IMG/VR virus record: IMGVR_UViG_3300033067_002100
Span: 1 to 50,685 of that record
Source of the DNA: a virus
Taxonomy: Duplodnaviria > Caudoviricetes
DNA: 50,685 nucleotides
Direction: 5' to 3' (one strand)
Part shown: piece after piece, positions 20,087-29,707 of the stretch
Numbering within the stretch: position 1 is the first letter of the stretch
How the letters are laid out: each line of letters opens with the position of its first letter
Notes under the pieces: generated by a model
What the model saw: only the letters and a program-made list of their open reading frames with translations
What the model was told of the DNA's origin: nothing
Databases searched by the model: none
Program-made: the position numbers and the translations under genes

Positions 20087-21352
20087 ATGGCTTCACTTTT
20101 CAACACGTTTCTGGGCGAGATGCAGCGTAGCGTTGCTGGCGCACCAAAAGTCGGAACAGCAGCAATCGATGACTTTGGTGGGCAGGCTCCTCCACCGGCC
20201 ACAGAACTGACAACGCCCTCTCAGCTTCCTGAAACGCTCGCTGCTGCCCCGGAGCAAAACGACGCAATCAGCGAACTGCTTAATGCGCGTCGCACTAAGT
20301 ATGCAGAGCAACAGTCCAAAGCTCTGGCGGATGCAAAATCCTCCGACGCAATGAATGACGACGAAAAGGTTGCCTATGCATTGCTCGGTGCTCTTCCCGG
20401 ATTAGTCGGGCTTATTGGAGGGGGACTCGCAGGCGGGGGCTACGGGGCTGCAGCCGGTCTTGCTGGCGGCCTCCATGGTGGCGCGACTGGAATGCAATCA
20501 ATCGCAGACGCGAAGCAGTCGAAACGCAAGGAGCTTATTGCCCAAGCAGACAAGGCAGGAGAGCAGTTGGCGCGCCTTGATGATCGCGATTTGTCTCACA
20601 CTGAGACACTGCAAAACCAAGCATTCTCCGCGAAGCAGTCAGCGGACGCCCAAGCCAGATCTGCTGCGCAAGCAGACAAAGAAATGCGCGCCCGCGAAGC
20701 CCAAAACAAAGACGAACTCGCTGCTCGTGCAAAAGAAGGTGCGAACAACCGAGCCAACGCGTTGCAGCTCAAGCGCATGGACATCTTTGGTGATACCCAA
20801 CGCGCCGCGATGGCTGTCGCGGCTAAAGCCAAAGAACAACACGCGGATCTGAAGGACTTTCAGGGCAAAGCTACTCAGTTCGCGACCACCATGCTTCTTT
20901 CTAAGGATGACTTGGACAAGATGCAGGACCCAAACGTTTGGAACACCATGTCCACGTGGAGCGGATTGCAGAGTGCGTTGAGCGATCCCAAACGGCAAAG
21001 GTATGCCCGGGCCGCATTTAACTTTATAGATGCCGTGACCCGCGATGTGTCTGGCGCGGCGATCACTCCTGACGAGTGGAACACTAAGTTCAAACAGTAC
21101 TTACCTACGCTAAATAGCAGTCAAGAAGACATCGCTTTCGCGAAGCAATTCCGTGACGGAGCACTAAACACGATGCTCGCCAAAGCGGGCCCGGGTGGAG
21201 ACATCGCGTTAGAATCGGTACGCAAGGCAACAGCACCAAAACAAACCGCACCTCAAATCAGCGAGCAGGACCGCGCAGACGCGCTGAATTGGCTCAAGCA
21301 CAATCCGAATGACGAGCATGCAGCGGAAGTACGTGCACGCCTAGGAATGTAA
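20087..21352 (+). CDS. Internal virion/ejection protein
   Basis: Glycine-zipper hydrophobic segment, coiled coil, SGAAIT motif. Confidence 0.65.
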   Translation: MASLFNTFLGEMQRSVAGAPKVGTAAIDDFGGQAPPPATELTTPSQLPETLAAAPEQNDAISELLNARRTKYAEQQSKALADAKSSDAMNDDEKVAYALLGALPGLVGLIGGGLAGGGYGAAAGLAGGLHGGATGMQSIADAKQSKRKELIAQADKAGEQLARLDDRDLSHTETLQNQAFSAKQSADAQARSAAQADKEMRAREAQNKDELAARAKEGANNRANALQLKRMDIFGDTQRAAMAVAAKAKEQHADLKDFQGKATQFATTMLLSKDDLDKMQDPNVWNTMSTWSGLQSALSDPKRQRYARAAFNFIDAVTRDVSGAAITPDEWNTKFKQYLPTLNSSQEDIAFAKQFRDGALNTMLAKAGPGGDIALESVRKATAPKQTAPQISEQDRADALNWLKHNPNDEHAAEVRARLGM

Positions 21353-21357
21353 TTAGT

Positions 21358-23157
21358 ATGGTGTTTGATCCTAAAGCGTTCCTTGCGCGTACAGCTCCAG
21401 CAACTGGTTTTGACCCTAAGGCGTTTCTCGCTAAGACGGCTCCGCCTAGCGTAGAGCCTGAGCAGCCACACCCTAGCGTATTGGAGAGCATCGCGCGCGG
21501 CGGGGCGCAGGGTCTGACTGCGGGATTTGCAGACGAGCTCTCGGGACTTATTGAAAGCGCCCTATCAGACAAGACCTACGCTCAGGCTCGAGACGAATCA
21601 CGCGCGAACTTTAAAGAAGCAGCCAAGGAAAACCCGATTGCAAGCGGGATCGGCACATTGGCCGGTGGCATAGGAAGTTTCGCAATACCAGGCCTAGGTG
21701 CCCTCGGTACTGGCATCAAAGGCGCAATTGGGACCGGGGCTAAGCTAGGCTCGATTTCCGCGCTCGGTGACTCAGAAGGCCACACCGTAAGCGAACTGGG
21801 CGCGGATGCTCTGAAAGGCGCAGCGGTCGGAACCGTACTAGCTCCGATTGTCACAGGGATCACAGGAACTGCATCTCTCGTTGGTTCGAAAATCGCCAAG
21901 ACCGCGGAGCAATCGTTCAATCCCGCAGTGCAACGTCTTCTCGCACTAGGAGCGAAGGCTCGCGACCTGATTGGTCCAAAAGGACAAAAAGCAATTGCAG
22001 GCCAGAGTGAGTTGGCTGAGATGGGAATTTTCGATCGTACAGCTCAAGGCAAACTCCCTGACCAAGCAGAGCTAGCCTCGCGTTTGCATGCCAAAAGCGA
22101 CGAGGTCGTGAAGAGCATGCGTGACCTGGTAGCCTCCGCTTCTCAAAGTGTGAATGTCGATCCCCAACAAGTTGGCGTGAAGATCATTGATGCTGCCGAC
22201 GCCGTAATCGCAAAAGCGCAGCCAACGGCGCAACAGGCACTCAACAACAACCTATCTGACAACGTACTTGAGCCGCTCATGAAGGCAAACGGTGATCTTG
22301 GAAAGCTGTGGGAGCTGAAGAAAAACGTTGGGGATTGGATAGGTCCGGCCTGGAGCAAATCGCGCGCACCTGAAGAGATCGATATGTACAAGGCAGTTAA
22401 TGCGGTACTAAACGATGAAGTAACAGCAGCTACTACGGCGGCCGCCGAGAAGTTAGGCCTCCCGGCGCTCTCAAAACTCAACAAGCAGTACGGTGCGATC
22501 GCAAACACGCGCGATATGCTGAGCTCATCCCTCGCTGCAGACGTGGCCAAAAATAGCCCGATTCCTGGTATTGGCCAGCTATTCAATGCCGGCAAGGCGT
22601 TGGCTGGTGCTCCCGAAGCGCGCCTCGCTAGAGCGGAACTCGGTGAGCAGTTTGGCAAGGGCGTTGATAACACCCGTGCGATGCTAGGCATGCGGGCAAA
22701 GCAACAAGCTGATGCCGCTGCAGCACAGGCAAACCCGCAAGCTATCCCGCGTTCGACTGAGGGCGTAAAACAGTGGGTCGCCCAACACATGGACTTCATT
22801 AGTAAAGCGGCGCCCCAATTGGCAGGCATCGCGCAACGACTACTGGGCGAACCACCTGGGGTCGCCGAACAGACTGTTCGTGGAATGATGCCACTGCTTA
22901 CAAAGATGATGACACCTAGCGCGTATCCCAGTGAGCTCGATGGCAAGGTGCTCGAACCTCAAGACAGACTCACTGTCACAAAACAGCTCCAACAAGTCCC
23001 CGGACTCACCCCCACCCAGATGGCCGTGCGGCGTTCTGCCCTAAATAAGACCGGCCAAATCCCTCCCGAAGTTTATGCACCGAATGTCTCGGGTCCTAAG
23101 TCGCTCGACCAACAAATGAACGACTACACCGCACGCCTTCAGGCCATGGGCTACTAA
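21358..23157 (+). CDS. Internal virion/ejection protein
   Basis: Tandem FDPKAFLA, RGGAQGLTAGFADEL, Gly/Ala-rich helices. Confidence 0.7.
   Translation: MVFDPKAFLARTAPATGFDPKAFLAKTAPPSVEPEQPHPSVLESIARGGAQGLTAGFADELSGLIESALSDKTYAQARDESRANFKEAAKENPIASGIGTLAGGIGSFAIPGLGALGTGIKGAIGTGAKLGSISALGDSEGHTVSELGADALKGAAVGTVLAPIVTGITGTASLVGSKIAKTAEQSFNPAVQRLLALGAKARDLIGPKGQKAIAGQSELAEMGIFDRTAQGKLPDQAELASRLHAKSDEVVKSMRDLVASASQSVNVDPQQVGVKIIDAADAVIAKAQPTAQQALNNNLSDNVLEPLMKANGDLGKLWELKKNVGDWIGPAWSKSRAPEEIDMYKAVNAVLNDEVTAATTAAAEKLGLPALSKLNKQYGAIANTRDMLSSSLAADVAKNSPIPGIGQLFNAGKALAGAPEARLARAELGEQFGKGVDNTRAMLGMRAKQQADAAAAQANPQAIPRSTEGVKQWVAQHMDFISKAAPQLAGIAQRLLGEPPGVAEQTVRGMMPLLTKMMTPSAYPSELDGKVLEPQDRLTVTKQLQQVPGLTPTQMAVRRSALNKTGQIPPEVYAPNVSGPKSLDQQMNDYTARLQAMGY
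21364..21432 (+). repeat. Intragenic duplicated FDPKAFLA coding unit
   Basis: tttgatcctaaagcgttccttgcg and tttgaccctaaggcgtttctcgct. Confidence 0.7.
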
Positions 23158-23158
23158 C

Positions 23159-24838
23159 ATGGCTGGTTTTACTCCATTTTTTGGCGCAGGCGGAGGGGGC
23201 GGCTTAGCCAGTAGCGGCGACGGTGCTGACATCGTACTGCGCGATGTCGACATCGATACCGCGACCGGTGCTATTACCGTATCCGTAAGTTCTGGTGGAT
23301 CTGACACAGCGACGTCCAATCGCCCAGCGAGACTCACCGCGGGCGACTATTCCGCCTATCCGTTTGCTACCGTGAACGCAGCACTGCAGGCACTGCCGAA
23401 GAACCTAGGTCTCTACTATCATCGGATAAACATCGGAGCGGGAACGTTCGCTAACGGTTTCACTGTGCAGGGTTTCGTGGGTGGAGGAACGTTAGACATC
23501 GTCGGCACGTTAAGTACTTCATCTTTGACCTCGGGTTCCAACTCAGGAACTGCGGGCTCCGGAACAAGTGCTACCGGAGTGAAAAAACCCACAGCCGCCG
23601 CGAATTGGACGGTGAACAACCTGAGAGGAAAGCTCTTTGTTCCGGTCTCTGGTGGCGGGTACTACGCGGATACTGAGCAAAATATCGCAGTGTACGGTGG
23701 ACCCTGTTTAAGACGAATAAAAGCCAACACTGTTAACACCGCAACAATGGACAGTCTTACGGCCGTGGACAGCACTACAGTGTTCACGATTGCAGACCCA
23801 GCAACTACCATTGGGTTGAGTAGCGATTCTTACAATGCAGACCTAACGTACTGCGTTGGCATCTTCAGCAACAGCATCCGCGTACTAATTCGCAATATCA
23901 AAGCAGAGCACGCCGACGCGTTTTATGGTGTGCTAGCGCACTCAAACAATGTGGTTGAACTACATGCCAGCGCATTCACCGACGTGCCATCATTCTATGG
24001 TGCAGGTTGTTACAGTACAGAAGATCTAACTATCGCCAACTGTTACGTCACAGGCCTTCTTGAGTTGTCCAATGGCGGCACGGTGAATGCTGTACACAAC
24101 GTTCTCGACGGTGATGGTCGTATTGAAGCATACAAGTACAATGAAGCTGTTTTTGGTTTAGATGCGGACAGCTGCAGTGGCACAGCGTTGTCGATCAGCA
24201 ATTGCGTGAGTGTCAGTGCCGACCTCAATGCAAACAACTGCACCGCGGTCCCCCTCAATGCTTTCAATATCCATCACTTCGAAATTGGTGGTTCAGGACT
24301 TACGGGGACGAACAGTGGAACAACGTACGGGGTAAACGTTGGTGGTGGCGGTCAGTATGACCTCACGGGTGCAACGCTTGCGGGTTCTTCAAGCTCGCAA
24401 CTTCTGGTTGAAGGTGAGGACGCACTTTCCTGGACCACGCTGTCCGGTGGAACGTGGTCGAGGCGAGGAACGTTCGCGTACTGGGGAAGCGGCAGCACGC
24501 GCTGGGCTGGCGCGGTATCAGGATACTCCGCTGATCAGAATGTCCAAACCACTAACTATACGCTTCTTCCGTCAGATACTGGGCGAATCATAGAAATCAA
24601 CGCAGCGACCGGAAAGTCCGTTACCTTACCCAATAACTTCTCCCCCGGCTTCTGTTGCACCGTGATTCAGAGTGGTGCTGGACAAGTTACCTTTGCTCCA
24701 GCGTCTGGCGCGTCGTTAGTAAACGCCGACTCGCAGGACAAAGCTGCCGGGCAATGGGCAATGTGCACTCTTTACGTGACGACCAACGTTGGCGGAACTG
24801 CCGCCAAGTGGGTTCTCGGCGGACGGACGGGGCCGTAA
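23159..24838 (+). CDS. Tailspike/fibre with beta-helix-like region and C-terminal adaptor domain
   Basis: FATVNAALQALP...INIGAGTF entry motif; Asn/Cys ladder repeats; C-terminal YTL..SD.GR.I...W(V)LGG module. Confidence 0.7.
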   Translation: MAGFTPFFGAGGGGGLASSGDGADIVLRDVDIDTATGAITVSVSSGGSDTATSNRPARLTAGDYSAYPFATVNAALQALPKNLGLYYHRINIGAGTFANGFTVQGFVGGGTLDIVGTLSTSSLTSGSNSGTAGSGTSATGVKKPTAAANWTVNNLRGKLFVPVSGGGYYADTEQNIAVYGGPCLRRIKANTVNTATMDSLTAVDSTTVFTIADPATTIGLSSDSYNADLTYCVGIFSNSIRVLIRNIKAEHADAFYGVLAHSNNVVELHASAFTDVPSFYGAGCYSTEDLTIANCYVTGLLELSNGGTVNAVHNVLDGDGRIEAYKYNEAVFGLDADSCSGTALSISNCVSVSADLNANNCTAVPLNAFNIHHFEIGGSGLTGTNSGTTYGVNVGGGGQYDLTGATLAGSSSSQLLVEGEDALSWTTLSGGTWSRRGTFAYWGSGSTRWAGAVSGYSADQNVQTTNYTLLPSDTGRIIEINAATGKSVTLPNNFSPGFCCTVIQSGAGQVTFAPASGASLVNADSQDKAAGQWAMCTLYVTTNVGGTAAKWVLGGRTGP

Positions 24839-26349
24839 TGTTCGGACTCTCTGGAGCCGGGTTCGCAGTTCCTGCGGGTCGCAGTGGAACGCCTAGTGGA
24901 TCTGGGCCCTCTGCAGTCACAAACACGTACTCGCTCGAGTTTACCGGTGTAAACGGCTACGTGAATATCGGAAAACCTTCTGACCTCGACTTTGATGTCA
25001 GCACCGATTCATTCACTATTTCGGCCTGGATCAAACGCCCAGAAGCGCCGGACTATCAACGCTGTATTCTGTCGAAGGCAGGAATGAACGGCGGCGTAGT
25101 CAGTGTTTTCCTCGGTGTAAACGCGGATGGAACAGTCTACGTCTTGCTAGGTGGCGGCGAAAACACCAGTGGTGGCGATGTTACCGATATGGGTTGGCAT
25201 CTGGTGACGGTCACCTGCAGCAGCGGTCAGGGACGCCTCTTTCTAGATGGGACTCAAGTAGGTTCAGCTTTTTCCACGGGCACTGGTGTCAACACAGCAT
25301 CTGATTGGCTATTGGGTGCCGCTCGATACAACGACAACTCCGATGACAGCTATCCTTATCGCGGTTACATCGATGAGGTTACGTTCTGGGATTCTGCATT
25401 AAGTCTGCCTCAAATTGCTCAGCTATATAATAGTGGGACTCCAATTGACCCAACTACCCACGCCGAAGGTGCACACCTTTTGCATTGGTATCGAATGGGT
25501 GACGGCGATTCATTTCCAGCCATTTCAGATCAAAAGGGTTCCAGCGACGGCACTGCGACAAATACTGCTGCCGTACGACTAGTAGAGCTCTCCCCTACAC
25601 ACTCGCCCTCGACACTCGACACTTACACATTAACTGATCCCGACATCGATATGTATTTTGACGCTGGTGACCACCCAGGAACTGCGTCGGATTGGATTGA
25701 TCAGATTGCGAGCTGGACTGCGCACATCGACGCTGGCTCCGGGTCTCCTACGAAAACAGAGACGTCGCAGTTTCCTGGCTTCTACGAACTAACGACCAAC
25801 CGACTGTTCCGTGTTGCGAGCGATACTTCGAACGCTGTCACAACCAATTGCGAGTTTACGTACGTCATACGTATGTACACCGGTGCGTTGGATGGATCTG
25901 GCGGATTCTACACTGGGTATGACGGCCACTTCGACGGATACTCAGGGTTTCAAATCTACAATCTGTTTTACGGTGAAGACGTCGGTGTCCGCATCCGAAA
26001 ACCTGATGACAGCGGCGATAACTGGGCAGTCGAGGAACACACGTCAGCGCACGCTAACAAGTACGTGATGATTGCTGTCACCGTAAAAGTGGTAGCCGGG
26101 GTGGCCAGGGTGAGAGCCTACGCGATGGGCGGCAAGTTGGGTGAAGACACTTCCCTTAGTGGTACTTTCACACCGGTTGCGAGTGCTCCGCTCGGTCTAT
26201 GCGGCAATGCGTACACAGGCGGCGGCGGATACAATTCCAGCGCCAATGGACAGAAGTATATGTCGTGTCTTCGCTACCAGCGCGAGCTCACCGAGAGTGA
26301 GGTCGCACTGCTGTGCGCGCGTTTCAATGCAGTGAAAGGATTTATCTAA
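24838..26349 (+). CDS. LamG/concanavalin-A-like lectin domain receptor-binding protein
   Basis: FTISAWIK, WHLVTVT, LFLDG, GYIDEVTFWDSALS; TAATG overlap supports ATG24838 rather than 24655. Confidence 0.8.
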   Translation: MFGLSGAGFAVPAGRSGTPSGSGPSAVTNTYSLEFTGVNGYVNIGKPSDLDFDVSTDSFTISAWIKRPEAPDYQRCILSKAGMNGGVVSVFLGVNADGTVYVLLGGGENTSGGDVTDMGWHLVTVTCSSGQGRLFLDGTQVGSAFSTGTGVNTASDWLLGAARYNDNSDDSYPYRGYIDEVTFWDSALSLPQIAQLYNSGTPIDPTTHAEGAHLLHWYRMGDGDSFPAISDQKGSSDGTATNTAAVRLVELSPTHSPSTLDTYTLTDPDIDMYFDAGDHPGTASDWIDQIASWTAHIDAGSGSPTKTETSQFPGFYELTTNRLFRVASDTSNAVTTNCEFTYVIRMYTGALDGSGGFYTGYDGHFDGYSGFQIYNLFYGEDVGVRIRKPDDSGDNWAVEEHTSAHANKYVMIAVTVKVVAGVARVRAYAMGGKLGEDTSLSGTFTPVASAPLGLCGNAYTGGGGYNSSANGQKYMSCLRYQRELTESEVALLCARFNAVKGFI

Positions 26350-27381
26350 ATGTGGGACGGATGTGCGCACACCGGCGGCCTCTATCCGAATCGCAGCGGC
26401 GCAGGAGACTTTTTCAGCTACGGGGCAAACCTAGTTAAAGCTCTTGGTTTTGATACACTAAAAGTTTATCTATCCAACGGCTACGCCAACCGCGATTACA
26501 TCAACCAAACTTGGGGCGCAGCGCCCACAACGCTAACTGAACTCGCGCAGAAGACTCCGATCGCTACCGCACTAGCAGACGCAGCTTTCTCTCGCTTCGT
26601 GTTGTCGACCTTCTCGATCGGACAGCCGGACTTAGCTTGGGCTACCACCGGACTGACGCCAACTGACCTTCAGGCTGAGTATACTCAGGTTTACGATCTG
26701 AGCGTGCATCTTCTTTCGAGTCACTCTGGGAAACAATTCATTCTCAAAAACTGGGAAGGTGATTGGCAACTGTTAGGCGGAACCGGCAACAAGGAACGCA
26801 ACGTTCCGACCGGGCGTATACATCTGTATCAGGCCTACCACAGGGTGCGTCAAAAGGCCGTCAGCGACGCGAGAAACGCAGTCAGTTCGACCTCAACGAT
26901 TCAGTACGCGATCGAGTGCAATTTAGTCCTCGACGATTTCGGGCCACGCGTGCACCGCAATGTGCTCCCGGTGATCAGGCCGGACATGGTCTCTCTAAGT
27001 ATTTACGAAGCAACAAACTACGGCTGGGGATCCGGCGAAGCAGCTATCACGACCGAGATCAGTACCCGCCTCCCCAAAATTGTTTCTCGTATCCGCGCTA
27101 TTTACGACCCAAGCATACCCATCATCATTGGCGAATTTGGGTTTCCGCAAGACGATTCGGCATTTAACTCCACCAGTCCCGATGTTGGGAATTTGATTGC
27201 GACCGTTCGCTCAGTGGCCTCAGGCCTCGGCATACAAGGCTGCATTTGGTGGCAGATCTTAGACAACGAAGAGTTATCTGCAGGAGTGCCAAGAGGGTTC
27301 GGTTTGTATAACCGAAATGGTTCGAGCTCCACAGTTGGTTCGTTGAGTTCAGCTGGAACCAAATACAGCAATTTATTGTAG
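26350..27381 (+). CDS. Glycoside hydrolase, clan GH-A-like TIM barrel
   Basis: LGFDTLKVY, KNWEGDW (acid/base Glu), PIIIGEFG (nucleophile Glu), WWQILDN. Confidence 0.65.
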   Translation: MWDGCAHTGGLYPNRSGAGDFFSYGANLVKALGFDTLKVYLSNGYANRDYINQTWGAAPTTLTELAQKTPIATALADAAFSRFVLSTFSIGQPDLAWATTGLTPTDLQAEYTQVYDLSVHLLSSHSGKQFILKNWEGDWQLLGGTGNKERNVPTGRIHLYQAYHRVRQKAVSDARNAVSSTSTIQYAIECNLVLDDFGPRVHRNVLPVIRPDMVSLSIYEATNYGWGSGEAAITTEISTRLPKIVSRIRAIYDPSIPIIIGEFGFPQDDSAFNSTSPDVGNLIATVRSVASGLGIQGCIWWQILDNEELSAGVPRGFGLYNRNGSSSTVGSLSSAGTKYSNLL

Positions 27382-27393
27382 GGCAGTATTTTT

Positions 27394-27786
27394 ATGAAAG
27401 AAAAAGCAAAGGAGATAGCAGTCGCAACAACAGCCGCATCCCTCACAGCTCTGGCACCGATTTCAGGAATTCTTACCGCCGTGTTCGGGTTGGTGTTCCT
27501 TGACTGGCTTACCGGGGTTTATCGCTCAATCGTAGTCCTCAAGCAGCCTTTCACAAGCGTTCGCATGAGGGACACTGCAATCAAGCTAGTTCCCTATCTC
27601 TGTATCGTACTGGGTGGTTTCTGTGTCGACCACGTGCTGCACTTTGACGTGGAAGACAAACTCTACTTCACGCGGTCCTTCGCGCTGCTTGTGATCTCGA
27701 TCGAAGTGCAATCGCTCGGTGAGAACACAGGGTTCAATCTCACAGAGATACTCAGGAAAGCGCTAAGCCCGCCACCCAAGTCTTAA
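27394..27786 (+). CDS. Holin (phage holin 4-like)
   Basis: DWLTG...S..MR...K, several TM helices, E..SLGEN motif; upstream of the endolysin. Confidence 0.8.
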   Translation: MKEKAKEIAVATTAASLTALAPISGILTAVFGLVFLDWLTGVYRSIVVLKQPFTSVRMRDTAIKLVPYLCIVLGGFCVDHVLHFDVEDKLYFTRSFALLVISIEVQSLGENTGFNLTEILRKALSPPPKS

Positions 27787-27788
27787 GC

Positions 27789-28001
27789 ATGCAAAGCAGC
27801 GGCAGTCGGCGCAGCACGTCGAGCGCGCCTACGCGTTTCGTGCGGCTTCATCTCGGTAGATACGCGCGCTTCACCCAAAAATACAAAACAAGAAGTCACC
27901 GCCGCCGCGTCAAACAGGACTTGGCGAACTTTGATGAAGACACATTCGATGACCATCCGGAGGACTCCTCCGAAATCTTTACTTCTTGGGACGTAATTTA
28001 G
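27789..28001 (+). CDS. Small basic/acidic hypothetical protein
   Basis: Fills the holin-endolysin gap; TAGTG overlap with the endolysin. Confidence 0.5.
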   Translation: MQSSGSRRSTSSAPTRFVRLHLGRYARFTQKYKTRSHRRRVKQDLANFDEDTFDDHPEDSSEIFTSWDVI

Positions 28002-28474
28002 TGGGAAACATCCGAGTCGATCTCAGTCTCCTTTACCCTCCGTTTGCATCGGTTGTTGTTGCCCTCATGTCGGACCTCAAGTCGTTCTATGCGACCTCAG
28101 GGGCACGAGGTGAACAGGAGCAAAACGCACTCTTTGCACAAGGAAGAACCACCCCCGGCCCCAAAGTTACGAACGCAAAGTTTGGATATTCTCCGCACAA
28201 CTTTGGCATTGCGATTGACGTTACGCATGACTCTGACCTCACCAAGCCCGGCCTTCAATCAGATTGGAAGCCAGAGAACTATGCAGCGTTGGGTGCGTAC
28301 GCCAAGAAGCATGGGCTAATTTGGGGCGGTTCGTGGCAGTCGCTTAAAGACCTGCCACACTTCGAATACGATATAAAAAGCCTCGGACTCTCTCTGTCCG
28401 ATCTTCGAACCATATATTTCAAAGACAAGTTGCCGGGGGTTTGGAAGCTCCTCGATGCAGCTCGCAAGGGGTAA
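28001..28474 (+). CDS. Endolysin, peptidase M15 (L-Ala-D-Glu type)
   Basis: R..EQ..L.AQGRT..G..VTNA, SPHNFGIAID, WGG.W, DLPHFE. Confidence 0.92.
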   Translation: MGNIRVDLSLLYPPFASVVVALMSDLKSFYATSGARGEQEQNALFAQGRTTPGPKVTNAKFGYSPHNFGIAIDVTHDSDLTKPGLQSDWKPENYAALGAYAKKHGLIWGGSWQSLKDLPHFEYDIKSLGLSLSDLRTIYFKDKLPGVWKLLDAARKG

Positions 28475-28480
28475 CGTGCA

Positions 28481-28810
28481 ATGCTCATCGAGTGGCTTAA
28501 GAAACGTTGGGCTTACGTTGCGGCTGGCCTCGGCGCTATCCTTGTGTCTGCCGCTATTTACCTATCAGGCCGTTCGCTGCGTAAAGGCGATGTCGAAATT
28601 GGAGTTGCGAAGCGAGAACTCGAGAACGCTAATCGCACTTACAACGAAACCCTAAACAAAACGCACGCAATCCAAGAGAAAAGTAAGCGTTTAGTATCGG
28701 ACATTCTTGTTGAGCAAAACAAGCGTGCCGAGGACGCGAAACGCGTTGAGGGCCTGAGCGATGAAGAAGTTGTTAGTGAGCTGCGTAAGCGCGGCGATAT
28801 TACTGACTAG
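28481..28810 (+). CDS. Inner-membrane spanin-like protein
   Basis: N-terminal TM helix plus coiled coil, directly after the endolysin. Confidence 0.6.
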   Translation: MLIEWLKKRWAYVAAGLGAILVSAAIYLSGRSLRKGDVEIGVAKRELENANRTYNETLNKTHAIQEKSKRLVSDILVEQNKRAEDAKRVEGLSDEEVVSELRKRGDITD

Positions 28811-29129
28811 TGTTCCCGCGGTAGCCGGGTGTGGTGAGTCTGACCTTGCGTGCTTCCGCCGCGGTTTCCTTGAACGGGGGCAGACTATTGATTCGTTGGG
28901 TCGCGAAGTCATGCAGCTCAACGCCCTGGTCAAAACCAAGGACGAACAAATAGATACCTCGCAGGTAGCGCTTAACTCACTGAAGGCATCGCTCGATTCC
29001 ACAACGCTTGCGGTAAAAGCAGGCGAGCGCAAGTGGCACGAGTCTCCCGTGCTTTGGTTCGGCGTAGGCGTGACGGCTGGAATCTTAGTCGTTTTGGTGT
29101 CGGCTGTCGCCCTATCTCAAGTGCATTAG
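28761..29129 (+). CDS. Spanin-like lipoprotein with C-terminal TM helix
   Basis: Signal peptide with lipobox VAGC, coiled coil, C-terminal hydrophobic helix; overlaps the upstream gene in another frame. Confidence 0.55.
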   Translation: MKKLLVSCVSAAILLTSVPAVAGCGESDLACFRRGFLERGQTIDSLGREVMQLNALVKTKDEQIDTSQVALNSLKASLDSTTLAVKAGERKWHESPVLWFGVGVTAGILVVLVSAVALSQVH

Positions 29130-29311
29130 TAACATTGTACGACGTTGCCGGTTTTGTAGCAGTTCTTGCCTGGTTGATAGTTACTTGAGTTGTAATTGTA
29201 CCCCTGAGACTGCGCCATGCCGCGCGCGAACGCCGCCTGCTCTTCCTCAGTCATAGGACCGCAGGCACCAACAAGCAGGCCGACAACTAACGCTATTGCT
29301 GCTTTTCGCAT
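29126..29311 (-). CDS. Small lipoprotein (possible superinfection exclusion)
   Basis: MRK plus hydrophobic core plus VGAC lipobox; C-terminal Cys pair. Confidence 0.65.
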   Translation of the reverse strand: MRKAAIALVVGLLVGACGPMTEEEQAAFARGMAQSQGYNYNSSNYQPGKNCYKTGNVVQCY

Positions 29312-29505
29312 TTGGCGTCTCCCTCGTTATCCAAGCTTAACACACCTCGCTTAAGGCGGCGCTCTAAAAGTACAGCGTCCGACAAAGCAACCACGCCATA
29401 GCTGCCGCAGTATATGCATTGGTAACTTGGCGCTAACTCGTATGATAACTCGCGCTTACAATCAGCACAGAACGTATCTACGAGTGGATATGCCCTCTGA
29501 GACAT
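29293..29505 (-). CDS. Small Zn-ribbon protein
   Basis: CADC...CIYC; start uncertain (3' part of track ORF 29293..29778). Confidence 0.45.
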   Translation of the reverse strand: MSQRAYPLVDTFCADCKRELSYELAPSYQCIYCGSYGVVALSDAVLLERRLKRGVLSLDNEGDAKCEKQQ

Positions 29506-29707
29506 GCCCGCCAGTACCTCCGCTACAGTCAGAGGCTCCGGTAAGTGCAAATTGTGTGTAAATCCTTCTGAAAGAATGGTCGGCGGCTGTGTAAAATTTG
29601 AATTTACACTGGCGATATCTGTCCTCGCCTCGGGAGCGCCATTCCTTTGCAATTTAGCTGTAAGTAGCGTTCGATAGCGCTCCTCAGCAGACTTCGAGTT
29701 TCGTCGA

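Noticed and set aside
24655-24837. N-terminal extension of the LamG ORF given in the track
   Set aside because: It overlaps the tailspike C-terminal domain; TAATG coupling at 24836-24840 gives a better start.
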